A DNA stretch of 64,000 nucleotides. Source: an uncultured Chitinophaga sp. GTDB lineage: Bacteria > Bacteroidota > Bacteroidia > NS11-12g > UBA9320. The notes beneath the pieces were generated by a model that worked only from the letters and a program-made list of their open reading frames with translations, did no database searches and was not told the DNA's origin. Both the position numbers and the translations under genes were made by a program. Positions 9,607 through 18,502 of this stretch are shown here, piece by piece; position 1 is the stretch's first letter; every line of letters begins with the position of its first letter. Location: the NCBI GenBank assembly GCA_964617955.1, contig CAZTXB010000007.1, forward strand, positions 89,085 through 153,084, written 5' to 3'.

Positions 9607-11319
9607 ATGACTGAAAACAAAGCAAAACATCCAAAAGGACTCTGGGTATTGTTTGGCACTGAAATGTGGGAACGATTCGGCTATTATTTAATGCTTGGTA
9701 TCTTTTCCCTTTACATGCTCGATGGTTGGAATAATGGCGGAATGGGATTTGATCCACAAAAGAAATCTGATATTTACGGTACTTACCTGGGCTTGGTTTA
9801 CCTCACCCCATTCATCGGTGGTTTGCTGGCCGACAGAATATTCGGCTATCGAAAATCAATAATCACCGGTGGGCTAATGATGTCGGCGGGCTACTTTTTA
9901 CTGGCCGTGCACAACGATACCAGCTTTTACTTGGCTTTGCTTCTCATCATTTTAGGAAATGGCTTTTTTAAGCCCAATATCTCTACCCTTGTTGGAAATC
10001 TTTACAGTGGAGATGACATGAAAGATAAAAAGGATTCAGGATACAATATTTTTTACATGGGTATTAACATCGGTGCCTTTGTCTGCAATTTCGTAGCCGC
10101 CTACATGCGTATTAATTACGGGTGGGGGCACGCTTTTGCTGCGGCGGGTGTGGGCATGCTCGTTGGGGTTGCCATATTTTTGTTAGGAACCAAACACATA
10201 CGTCACGTGGATGTGGTGAGACCATTGCAGGATGGCGATATGAAAACCACTAAGATATTGGGACTTACCGTTTTGCCGATGTTCATTTTTGGAACGCTTG
10301 GTTATCTTATCCCCGGTAATTTTTTAGGTTCTGATACCAACGATGCCTTTATCATCGGTTGCTTGCCTGTTATTGCCTTCTTTATTTATCTTGCTTTTAC
10401 TTCCGAAGCCAAAGAGAGAAGAGCCATTAAAGCTCTGTTAGCAGTTTTTACATGCGTAATTCTGTTTTTTGCCATCTTTCATCAAAACGGGGACGCACTC
10501 ACCGTTTGGGCCGAAGACCATACCGAACGCAAAATGCCTGAAAGCGTAGCCAACCTCGCCGAACCTATTGGAATGGCACAAATAGTCGTAAACAACGACA
10601 TAGTAGCCTCCGATCAAAAAACCTTTGATGCCACCGTCGACTCAATGAGAACGGTTGAAAAAAACATGCCTGCCGTGACAAGAGAAGAACTCAAAGCGAA
10701 AGGTGATTACTCAAATGGAATAGGTCAACTCGAAAAATCCAGAAAGTATTTTGCTACCCTTCCGGGCGACCAAATTCCGGAAAAAGGCAAAAGCCTGAAA
10801 CTTTACTCTACTGAATTGTATCAGTCAATAAACCCTTTCTGGGTTGTAGTGCTTACGCCTCTGATTGTTGGAATTTTCGGATTCTTGCGTCGACGCAAGA
10901 AGGAACCCAGCACCCCAACCAAAATTGCCATTGGCTTGGTTATTACCGCACTTTCAGCCCTCGTTATGGTTGGAGCGGTATTGTCAACCAATGAGCTCTC
11001 TGCAAAAGCCGGCTCCTTTTGGCTCATCGCCTCCTATGGCGTAATTACAATAGGTGAGCTCTGCCTATCCCCAATGGGATTGTCGCTTGTGTCGAAGCTT
11101 TCTCCACCGCGAATCACTGCCCTGATGATGGGAGGATTTTTCCTTGCCATTTCGGTTGGGAATAAATTGTCTGGTATGCTTTCCAGCCTTTGGGAAAACA
11201 CCGCACATAAAGAAAATTTCTTTTATTTGAACTTTGCCCTCGTTTCAGGCGCTGCCATTTTATTATTTTTAATGCTCAAATGGTTGAATGGGGTGATGAG
11301 AGAGAATAACGTTCAATAA
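9607..11319 (+). CDS. POT/PTR2 proton-dependent oligopeptide MFS transporter
   Basis: EMWERFGYY motif, GGLLADRIFG, GFFKPNIS, FYMGINIG, ELCLSPMGLS. Confidence 0.93.
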   Translation: MTENKAKHPKGLWVLFGTEMWERFGYYLMLGIFSLYMLDGWNNGGMGFDPQKKSDIYGTYLGLVYLTPFIGGLLADRIFGYRKSIITGGLMMSAGYFLLAVHNDTSFYLALLLIILGNGFFKPNISTLVGNLYSGDDMKDKKDSGYNIFYMGINIGAFVCNFVAAYMRINYGWGHAFAAAGVGMLVGVAIFLLGTKHIRHVDVVRPLQDGDMKTTKILGLTVLPMFIFGTLGYLIPGNFLGSDTNDAFIIGCLPVIAFFIYLAFTSEAKERRAIKALLAVFTCVILFFAIFHQNGDALTVWAEDHTERKMPESVANLAEPIGMAQIVVNNDIVASDQKTFDATVDSMRTVEKNMPAVTREELKAKGDYSNGIGQLEKSRKYFATLPGDQIPEKGKSLKLYSTELYQSINPFWVVVLTPLIVGIFGFLRRRKKEPSTPTKIAIGLVITALSALVMVGAVLSTNELSAKAGSFWLIASYGVITIGELCLSPMGLSLVSKLSPPRITALMMGGFFLAISVGNKLSGMLSSLWENTAHKENFFYLNFALVSGAAILLFLMLKWLNGVMRENNVQ

Positions 11320-11335
11320 ACATAGTTTTTTATAA

Positions 11336-11367
11336 AAAATAGCCTTTGAAATTTCAAGGGCTATTTT
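11336..11367 (+). terminator. Hairpin, probable intrinsic terminator or attenuator between the two POT genes
   Basis: AAAATAGCCTTTGAA-AT-TTCAAGGGCTATTTT followed by CATTTT. Confidence 0.65.
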
Positions 11368-11389
11368 CATTTTAAAGAAAAAAAGAAAA

Positions 11390-12874
11390 ATGGAATCAAA
11401 AATAACAATCGAGGAAATCCAGAATTTTAAAGGCAAATACCCAAAGCAGCTTTGGCCACTCTTTATGGTGGAGATGTGGGAAAGGTTTTGCTTTTATGGC
11501 ATGCGTGGCGTTTTGGCCTTCTTTATGGTGGATCAACTCTTGCTCCAAGACGAAGCCGCTAACCTGCAATATGGTGCCATTCAGGCTTTCGTTTACGCGT
11601 TTACGTTTATCGGAGGAATTTTCGCCGATAAGATTCTTGGTTTCAGGCGCTCATTATTCTTTGGTGGCACGGTGATGATTTTAGGAAATTTACTCATTGC
11701 CTTTGCCCCTACTGAGATGTTTTACTACGGCATTGCATTTTCAATTATAGGTACCGGTTTTTTCAAGCCAAATATTTCTTCCATGGTGGGTGAACTCTAC
11801 CATGAGAAAGACCCTCGAAGGGATGCAGGTTATGGTATGTTTTATGCGGGCATCAATGTTGGAGGGCTTTTGGGAGGTGCTTTGTGCATTTATCTCGGAA
11901 AGTACCACTCCTGGAGCTATTGTTTTTTAGCTGCGGCTTTCGTTATGTTGATAGGCTTATTGACCTTTTTGTTTACCTATAAGCAATTGGGCAGCATTGG
12001 CGATTCGCCCTTGGCAAAACAAAGTTCAGGGCAGCGGATAAGCAAAGAAATCATGGTGTATGTAGGCTCACTTTTAAGCATTCCCTTGATTTTTATCATG
12101 GTAAAAAACACCCAATACACCGATTATTTCATGTACAGCATTGGACTTATTGCCCTGGTTTATTTTATTTATGAAGTTATCCGGCTAAAATTAATCGGAC
12201 TTCAAGAGAAAATGATGGCGGCCTTTACCTTTATTTTCTTTTATTTTTTATTCAACGCCATCTTCGAACAAAGCGGGGGTTCTTTGTCCTTGTTTGCGAA
12301 AGACAATTTAAGCTCCACCCTCTTGTTTTTCAATATCGACCCCAATGTGGTGAACAACAGCTCCAATTCATTGTTCGTTATCATATTTAGTCCTTTGATA
12401 GGCTTGCTTTGGCTTTGGTTGGCAAAGAAAAAAATTGAGCCCAACACCCTCATCAAGTTCGGAATTGGTTTCCTGCTCTTATCAGCTTCCTTTTATCTGT
12501 TTTACTACACCAGATTCTTTGCCTCGGCTGAAGGTATAGCCTCTTTGAATGTCTTTACACTTGCCTATCTTGTGACCACTTTAGGTGAACTTTGTTTAGG
12601 CCCCATTGGCATGTCCATCATCACGAAACTTTCACCTAAAAAACTTTTTGGCATGATGATGGGTCTTTGGTTTTTGGCTTCTGCTTTTGGGCAGTTTGCG
12701 GCCGGAAAACTGGGTGCTGAAATTTCAAAGTCCAATACAGGAACTACCTTAGCCTCTAAGTTACAATCCTATACCGATGGTTACTATCAATTGGCCATTT
12801 ATGCTCTTATAGCGGGAGTTTCCCTTATCGCGGTTTCACCATTGATAAGGAAATGGATGCAGGATGTGAAATAG
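11390..12874 (+). CDS. POT/PTR2 proton-dependent oligopeptide MFS transporter (second paralog)
   Basis: EMWERFCFYGM, GGIFADKILG, GFFKPNIS, FYAGINVG, ELCLGPIG. Confidence 0.93.
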   Translation: MESKITIEEIQNFKGKYPKQLWPLFMVEMWERFCFYGMRGVLAFFMVDQLLLQDEAANLQYGAIQAFVYAFTFIGGIFADKILGFRRSLFFGGTVMILGNLLIAFAPTEMFYYGIAFSIIGTGFFKPNISSMVGELYHEKDPRRDAGYGMFYAGINVGGLLGGALCIYLGKYHSWSYCFLAAAFVMLIGLLTFLFTYKQLGSIGDSPLAKQSSGQRISKEIMVYVGSLLSIPLIFIMVKNTQYTDYFMYSIGLIALVYFIYEVIRLKLIGLQEKMMAAFTFIFFYFLFNAIFEQSGGSLSLFAKDNLSSTLLFFNIDPNVVNNSSNSLFVIIFSPLIGLLWLWLAKKKIEPNTLIKFGIGFLLLSASFYLFYYTRFFASAEGIASLNVFTLAYLVTTLGELCLGPIGMSIITKLSPKKLFGMMMGLWFLASAFGQFAAGKLGAEISKSNTGTTLASKLQSYTDGYYQLAIYALIAGVSLIAVSPLIRKWMQDVK

Positions 12875-12876
12875 TC

Positions 12877-13020
12877 GCTGAAGACCGGGGGGATTGTAAT
12901 TTAGGTAAATTGAAGAACAAAAATTTCGACTATTGCTTCTGTCCAATTGGTATGACATCACCAGCGAAATTTTGAAGTATGCCTTACGGTTGCATTCTGG
13001 GTTGGTCCCCGGCTTCTGGC
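12877..13020 (+). ncRNA. Candidate rod-shaped structured RNA or hairpin element (unassigned)
   Basis: Nested stems: GAAG(A)CCGGGG/CCCCGGCTTC, GATTGTAAT/GTTGCATTC, AGGTA/TGCCT, AAAATTTCG/CGAAATTTT, TGTC/GACA. G-U pairs favour the + strand. Confidence 0.25.
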
Positions 13021-13160
13021 AATCTCCTATTCTGCCTGTCATAATTTTGAGTTTAAGACAGTATGATTATGGTTGAAACTCAAAAGTTCAAAAATTAATC
13101 CTCTAAATCAGATACTTCATTTATTAAACCAAAAAATTTCTCATTTTATGTTAGAAAAAC

Positions 13161-13204
13161 TTGACGAATTGCGTCTAATGAGTAAATTTGCTACTCAATA
13201 CTCA
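13161..13204 (+). promoter_or_regulatory. Bacteroidota promoter (-33 TTG, -7 TAAATTTG) overlapped by inverted repeat TGAGTA-N7-TACTCA (putative operator)
   Basis: TTG 13161-63, 19-nt spacer, TAAATTTG 13183-90; TGAGTA 13179-84 / TACTCA 13192-97, with a further TACTCA at 13199-204. Confidence 0.7.
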
Positions 13205-13206
13205 CG

Positions 13207-13737
13207 ATGCTCGATTCTCTCGTTTCTTCTAAAACAAAAATCAAACTTCTCTTGAAGTTCTTTTTGAATGCGAGTAACACCGGATACCTTCGAAACCTCG
13301 AATCAGAATTTGGCGAAAGCACCAATGCTATCCGACTGGAACTCAACAAATTCGAAGATTCCGGATTGCTCAACTCCTACTTTGAGAGCAATAAAAAAAT
13401 CTTTAAAGCCAATCCGAAACATCCGCTTTTTCCCGAAATAAGTTCCATCATACGAAAGTATGTAGGCATCGACCACATCATCGACCATGTGGTATCGCAG
13501 CTTGGAGAGCCCGACAAAGTTTGGTTGGTAGGCAATTTGGCCAAAGGACTCGACTCGGAAATCATTGATCTTAAAATCAGCGGACAGGTGAACCAAAATT
13601 ACCTTAAAGAATTGATTACCAAAGTTGAAAAGAACATCCACCGAAAATTAAATATTATTTTACTCAATGTGGATGAAACGTGTATAATGGAGCAAAGCAG
13701 AGAACCATCTTTGTTGCTCTGGAGTAAGGGCCTGTAA
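13207..13737 (+). CDS. Winged-HTH (ArsR-like) regulator fused to a degenerate minimal nucleotidyltransferase-like domain
   Basis: SKTKIKLLLKFF...GYLRNLESEFGESTNAIRLELNKFE...GLL...N..HPLFPEI; C-terminal VWLVGNLAKGLDSEIIDLKISG resembles the MNT GS...DxD region. Confidence 0.75.
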   Translation: MLDSLVSSKTKIKLLLKFFLNASNTGYLRNLESEFGESTNAIRLELNKFEDSGLLNSYFESNKKIFKANPKHPLFPEISSIIRKYVGIDHIIDHVVSQLGEPDKVWLVGNLAKGLDSEIIDLKISGQVNQNYLKELITKVEKNIHRKLNIILLNVDETCIMEQSREPSLLLWSKGL

Positions 13738-13827
13738 AGGCAGTGTAATGCGTGATAATTAGAACTTGGGGATGGGACTGAGGTGGCGAAGCTTTGGAGA
13801 AATATGAAATCTTATAGCTGTCGAAAT

Positions 13828-13870
13828 AAGGGTAAGGTAAAAAGGTTAAAAGAGAAAGGTTAAAGGTTAA
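13828..13870 (+). repeat. Purine-rich 7-mer arm (AAGGTTA/AAAGAGA) upstream of four-helix gene 1
   Basis: AAGGGTA AGGTAAA AAGGTTA AAAGAGA AAGGTTA AAGGTTA; complementary to the 14303-14365 array. Confidence 0.7.
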
Positions 13871-13904
13871 TGTAGAATTCGGATAGCCATCACAAAAAGG
13901 AGAA

Positions 13905-14265
13905 ATGAGTGGTTTTGATAAAAATGAACTGCAAAAAAGATTGTTTCAATTTGCCCTGAATGTCATCATGTTAATTCGAAAGTTACCAAAAGGAAAAGAA
14001 TACGATGTGATGAGTTACCAATTGATTAAGTCGTCAACCTCTGCCGGCGCAAATTATGAAGAAGCCCAGGGGGGCGATTTCAAAGGCAGAATTCTCAGCT
14101 AAAGTAGGAATATCCCTTAAAGAGATGAGAGAATCTAATTACTGGATTAAATTAATAATTGAAATCACCAAAAACCCTCACGATTGGCTTTCTCTTAAAC
14201 AAGAATCCTTCGAACTGATGAATATCTTAGGAAGCATCTATTCAAAAACTTCCATAAAAAGATAA
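13905..14265 (+). pseudogene. Four-helix-bundle protein (23S rRNA IVP/TIGR02436/Avd-like), frameshifted at a G6 run
   Basis: ORFs 13905-14102 and 14056-14265 join into one protein (...QLIKSSTSAGANYEEAQGAISKAEFSAKVGISLKEMRESNYWIKLI...) if one G is removed from 14069-14074. Confidence 0.85.
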
Positions 14266-14302
14266 TTTATTTTTACACCCTTTTTCCAATAGCAATAGAA
14301 AT

Positions 14303-14365
14303 TACCCTTTAACCTTTCTCCTTTAACCTTTAACCTTTCTCCTTTAACCTTTCTCCTTTCTCCTT
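14303..14365 (+). repeat. Pyrimidine-rich 7-mer array (TAACCTT/TCTCCTT, 9 units) abutting the upxY start
   Basis: TACCCTT TAACCTT TCTCCTT TAACCTT TAACCTT TCTCCTT TAACCTT TCTCCTT TCTCCTT; TTG start at 14370. Confidence 0.95.
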
Positions 14366-14369
14366 TCCC

Positions 14370-14858
14370 TTGAAACACTGGTATGCCGTATATACCCACT
14401 CCCGACACGAAAAAAAGGTAGCCGGACTTTTCGGGACGAAAGGATTGGAGCACTATCTCCCTTTACACAAGGTGCGCAAGCAGTGGAGCGACCGTAAAAA
14501 AACCGTCGAAGAACCCCTCTTTCGATCCTATGTCTTTGTGAGAGTGGATGAAATGGAAAAAGAAACCGTACGGCGGACCACAGGCGTTTTGAACTTCGTT
14601 TACTGGTTAGGACAACCGGCCGTTATTCAGGATAATGAAATTGAGGTTATTCGAAGGTTCACAGGTGAATATGAAAACCTTGTGGTACAGAATATTAGTG
14701 TAGAACTTCATTCCCAGATAAAAATAGATTCCGGCCCTCTCATGAATCAAGTTGGGAAAGTGGTGAAGGTAAGCAAGAACAAGGTCAAAGTACTCATCGA
14801 ATCGCTCGGCTGCTATTTAATAGCCGAACTGCCAACAGATAAAATAGTACATTTGTGA
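14370..14858 (+). CDS. upxY: UpxY-family (NusG paralog) transcription antiterminator
   Basis: WYAVYT..RHEKKV, QWSDRKKTVEEPLFRSYVFV, PAVI...EI..I, KOW-like IDSGPL; sits at the head of a polysaccharide operon. Confidence 0.92.
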   Translation: MKHWYAVYTHSRHEKKVAGLFGTKGLEHYLPLHKVRKQWSDRKKTVEEPLFRSYVFVRVDEMEKETVRRTTGVLNFVYWLGQPAVIQDNEIEVIRRFTGEYENLVVQNISVELHSQIKIDSGPLMNQVGKVVKVSKNKVKVLIESLGCYLIAELPTDKIVHL

Positions 14859-14873
14859 CCCAGAAAACACATC

Positions 14874-15620
14874 ATGAAAACAGTTAAGGGCAAGTTGCTC
14901 CTCATTTTGATTCCGCTGCTAGCAGCCTCCTGCGGAAAAAAACTGATTTACTTTCAGGAGAAGGAGGATTCAAAAAACAAATACAGCCATATTGAAGTTG
15001 CCAAACCCGAAAACCCCAGGGATCATATTATTGAAGCGGGGGACGTTTTGGGGTTGAAGATTAACAGCCTGAACAAAGAGATAAGCGAGAGTTTTTCAAA
15101 GTATTTGTCAAATACCTCCAACATTCCTGGCTTGTTGGTGCAAGAAAACGGGACCATATTTCTTCCTTACGTTGGAAGTCTTAGTATTTCAGGTCAGTCC
15201 ATTGGCAACGCCGAAAGTCTCATTTTATCTGAATTACAAAAATCGGTGAATAACCTCTCTCTTGAGTTAAGCTTAAATTCATTCAGGGTGACCTTGCTTG
15301 GAGAAGTAAAATCTCCTGGCATCAAAAACTCTCCGGGTGATAGAATGACCATTTTGGATGCCCTTAGCCTTGGAGGCGATCTAGGGAATGACGCGAAAAG
15401 AAGCAACATTAAAGTAATCAGACAAACAGGGGTAACGAAAACCACCTACTTTATCGACCTTTCAAATTTGGATGCGTTCAAATCAGAGGTTTATTATCTA
15501 AAATCCAATGATATTCTTTATGTAGAAACCTTGCCAAGGCGATTCTTTAGAGAAAATCTTACATATGTGAGTATATTGCTTACCGTAGTTAACACCCTTG
15601 TGATCTTTATTAGGCTTTGA
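14874..15620 (+). CDS. wza: Wza-like polysaccharide export lipoprotein
   Basis: Lipobox LAASC; IEAGDVL, GTIFLPYVG, VTLLGEVKSPG, TILDALSLGGD, LKSNDILYV. Confidence 0.9.
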   Translation: MKTVKGKLLLILIPLLAASCGKKLIYFQEKEDSKNKYSHIEVAKPENPRDHIIEAGDVLGLKINSLNKEISESFSKYLSNTSNIPGLLVQENGTIFLPYVGSLSISGQSIGNAESLILSELQKSVNNLSLELSLNSFRVTLLGEVKSPGIKNSPGDRMTILDALSLGGDLGNDAKRSNIKVIRQTGVTKTTYFIDLSNLDAFKSEVYYLKSNDILYVETLPRRFFRENLTYVSILLTVVNTLVIFIRL

Positions 15621-15637
15621 CATTTTGAAGACAAAAC

Positions 15638-18094
15638 ATGGAAAATAATACCCCAATAGAGGAAATTAAACCTGTCAGAGGGATAAACATTAAACTAATC
15701 TTGGGCCTAGCCAAAGCCTACTGGGTATTGTTCACCATATGTCTTGTTATCGCCGTTTTTGATGCCTATCTCGCCATCAGATACTCCACTCCGGTTTATA
15801 AGGTAGAAGGTGACATTTTACTGAGCAACCAAAGCAAGGGCAAAGAGGGTGCTGAAATTCTAGGTACACAGGGGCTTTCTGAGGCTTTTAATCCTTACGA
15901 CCCAACCTTGATCAATGATAAAATTGAAGTCATAAAATCAAAAAAATTCATTCTTGATGTCGTAAAAACCCTAAGATTTGACCATACCTTTTACATGAAA
16001 GGCAACGTAAAAACATCAGAGCTCTACGCGAAGGAGTTGCCAATTGAATTTTATTACCGCACTTTGAATAGATTGGCTTATGGTTATCAATTTGAAATTA
16101 AGCCAAATCAAACTGATTTCGCACTCAAAGTTTCGTTGGACAATGCTGTACTTTTTTCAAAGCAGAAGCTCGCTTATGCCGATTCTATAGTTTTGGAAAA
16201 TTGTGTCGTAATCATTCATAATAAAAATAATCAAAATCTATGGGCCAATATTCCATCATCTAATTTTACAATTGTTTTAAACGATATCGAAGCCATTGCG
16301 CTTGGGTATGCCGGGCAACTCAACGTCAAAAGGAAACCTCAAACCAAAATATTAACTCTTTCCATGGAAGCCAGTCAGGCCAATCAAGCCAGGGACTTTA
16401 TAGCTGAAGTGTCCAATAGTTTTCTCCTTAAAGGATTGGTTGAAAAAAACGAGAAATACAATTCCACTTTAAAATTCATTAACGAACAATTAGAAAAAGT
16501 GGAACAGGTTCTAGGTGACCATGAGTTTAATTTGGAAAATTTCAAAAAAAATAGCGGTATCATGGATTGGCCAGCCGAAAGTTCAATTTTAGTGGAGGAA
16601 AAATCAGGTCTTGAAAATAAGCTAGCCGAGCAGGAAATATTACTAAAAAAAGTGATCGCACTTAGAGAATACGTTGAATTGCATCAAAACCTTTCCAGTT
16701 TGGCCCCTGCCACTTTCGGAATATCTGACCCATTACTGCTGCCCCTGATTCTGGAGGTGAGCAAAGCCAGCTCTGAATTAAACGAATTTGGATATGATTT
16801 TAATCAAAATTCTCCTCTCTATAAAAAAGCAAAACAAAACCTGATAGAAGCTAAAAAATTATTGCTTGAGAACATTAACAGTATTGTTTCAAGCACCACC
16901 GAACTATTAAAGGTTTATCAAGCTGCTTTGTCAAAACTCGAGTCGAGGGTGAATCAATTGCCAAGAATTGAGCGTCAAGGGCTGGGAATGATGCGTAAGT
17001 CATCTATACAAGAAAAACTCTATCTTTTGCTTTTGGAAAAGAAATTCGAATATGAAATTGCCCGATCTGGCAATAAAAGTGATTATTCAATCTTAAATCA
17101 AGCTGAGATAAAAGGTCAAACCAGACCAAATAAGAAAAACATTTATATAGTCGCTATATTCTTAGGGTTATTGATTCCATCACTTTATATCTTCCTGAAA
17201 ATATTTTTTGACAATAAAATCAGAAGTAGAGAGCAAATTGAGAAAATGACCAAAATTCCATTTTTAGCGGCCATCCCTCATAATTCGGGCGAAGGACAAC
17301 TGGTTTTCAAAGAAAACTCCAAATCCATGATGGCCGAATCCTTCCGAAACCTTCGCACCAATATTTTGTTTATGCTCAAGGCTAAACAAGACTCGCAGGT
17401 AATTTTGGTCACTTCATCCATCAGTGGTGAGGGCAAAACCTTTTGCACGCTTAACATTGCTCAAGCCATCTCTATCTCAGGTGCCTCGGTTGTGATTATA
17501 GGACTCGATTTAAGGAAGCCACGTCTTCACTTGAGTTTCGATATCAAAAACGATATAGGGGTGAGTAATTACCTCACTCATTTGGCCACCCTGGATCAAA
17601 TCATACAAAAAACCAACTTGCCCAACATCGATATCATTCCTTCCGGCCCGGTGCCTCCAAATCCATCAGAATTGATTTTGAGCCAACAGATGAAAGACCT
17701 AATGGCTGAGCTCCGCCGTCGTTACCAATATATTTTACTCGACACAGCCCCGCTGGGATTGGTAACCGATGCGGTAGAACTCATGAAAGATACCGACCTT
17801 AATATTTTTGTGATGCGTGAGGCCTATACCATGAACAGCGCAGTGCCTTTTGTGAACGAGTTCTATGAAATCCAAAAAATCAAGAACCTTGGCATCGTTC
17901 TCAATGACTCACACAATGCCGGGGCTAAATATGGATACGGTTATGGCTATGGATATGGTTATGGATATGGATATGGATATGGTTACGGGTATGGTTATGG
18001 ATATGGATACGGGTATGGATACTACGATGACGAAAGTAGAAGCAAAAAAAGCAGTTCACTTTTATCCAAAATTATAAATGTGTTGAGGAAATAG
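15638..18094 (+). CDS. wzc: Wzc-like polysaccharide co-polymerase / BY tyrosine kinase
   Basis: Two TM segments; ESFRNLRTN; Walker A SGEGKT; DLRKP; GPVPPNPSELI; DTAP; C-terminal Tyr cluster. Confidence 0.95.
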   Translation: MENNTPIEEIKPVRGINIKLILGLAKAYWVLFTICLVIAVFDAYLAIRYSTPVYKVEGDILLSNQSKGKEGAEILGTQGLSEAFNPYDPTLINDKIEVIKSKKFILDVVKTLRFDHTFYMKGNVKTSELYAKELPIEFYYRTLNRLAYGYQFEIKPNQTDFALKVSLDNAVLFSKQKLAYADSIVLENCVVIIHNKNNQNLWANIPSSNFTIVLNDIEAIALGYAGQLNVKRKPQTKILTLSMEASQANQARDFIAEVSNSFLLKGLVEKNEKYNSTLKFINEQLEKVEQVLGDHEFNLENFKKNSGIMDWPAESSILVEEKSGLENKLAEQEILLKKVIALREYVELHQNLSSLAPATFGISDPLLLPLILEVSKASSELNEFGYDFNQNSPLYKKAKQNLIEAKKLLLENINSIVSSTTELLKVYQAALSKLESRVNQLPRIERQGLGMMRKSSIQEKLYLLLLEKKFEYEIARSGNKSDYSILNQAEIKGQTRPNKKNIYIVAIFLGLLIPSLYIFLKIFFDNKIRSREQIEKMTKIPFLAAIPHNSGEGQLVFKENSKSMMAESFRNLRTNILFMLKAKQDSQVILVTSSISGEGKTFCTLNIAQAISISGASVVIIGLDLRKPRLHLSFDIKNDIGVSNYLTHLATLDQIIQKTNLPNIDIIPSGPVPPNPSELILSQQMKDLMAELRRRYQYILLDTAPLGLVTDAVELMKDTDLNIFVMREAYTMNSAVPFVNEFYEIQKIKNLGIVLNDSHNAGAKYGYGYGYGYGYGYGYGYGYGYGYGYGYGYGYYDDESRSKKSSSLLSKIINVLRK
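17930..18025 (+). repeat. (TAY GGN)15 TAC TAC coding repeat = (YG)15YY
   Basis: Direct codon count; third positions vary synonymously. Confidence 0.95.
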
Positions 18095-18098
18095 GGAT

Positions 18099-18140
18099 AA
18101 GGTTGAGGTTAAGGTTGAGGTTGAGGTTAAGGCTAAGATA
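18099..18140 (+). repeat. Purine-rich 6-mer arm (AAGGTT/GAGGTT) upstream of four-helix gene 2
   Basis: AAGGTT GAGGTT AAGGTT GAGGTT GAGGTT AAGGCT AAGATA, starting 4 nt after the wzc stop. Confidence 0.9.
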
Positions 18141-18145
18141 AGAGA

Positions 18146-18502
18146 GTGACCTATTTAAGCTTTGAAGATATGCCTGTGTGGAAGTTAGCAATGGAAATAG
18201 CAGTAGAAGTATTTAACCTTACGGTTCCGCTTCCAAAAAGTGAAGATTACGCATTGACAAGTCAAATTCGCCGCTCTGCAGAATCGATTTCGTCTAATAT
18301 ATCTGAAGGTTTTGGAAGAAGTACATCACCTGATAAAAAGAAATTCTATGTAATTTCAAGAGGGAGTTTATATGAAACAAAAAATCACCTCATTTATGGC
18401 CATAAAGTTAATTATTTTGATACAGCCGAAATAGAACCCATTTATAAAAAAATAGAGACTGTTATTCACGAATTAAATAAATTAATAAAATCGCTTAATT
18501 AA
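18146..18502 (+). CDS. Four-helix-bundle protein (23S rRNA IVP/TIGR02436/Avd-like)
   Basis: SFEDMPVWK.AME, LPKSEDYALTSQIRRSAESISSNISEGFGR, F.VISRGSLYET. Confidence 0.92.
   Translation: MTYLSFEDMPVWKLAMEIAVEVFNLTVPLPKSEDYALTSQIRRSAESISSNISEGFGRSTSPDKKKFYVISRGSLYETKNHLIYGHKVNYFDTAEIEPIYKKIETVIHELNKLIKSLN

Noticed and set aside
13045-13204. Invertible promoter as in Bacteroides capsule loci
   Set aside because: The 10-bp inverted repeat encloses only 21 bp and not the promoter; no recombinase is in the window.
14238-14453. Minus-strand ORF with KVKGERL repeats (likewise 17865-18077 MDMVMD and 19753-19992)
   Set aside because: Translations of tandem repeats or alternative frames; no independent evidence of coding.
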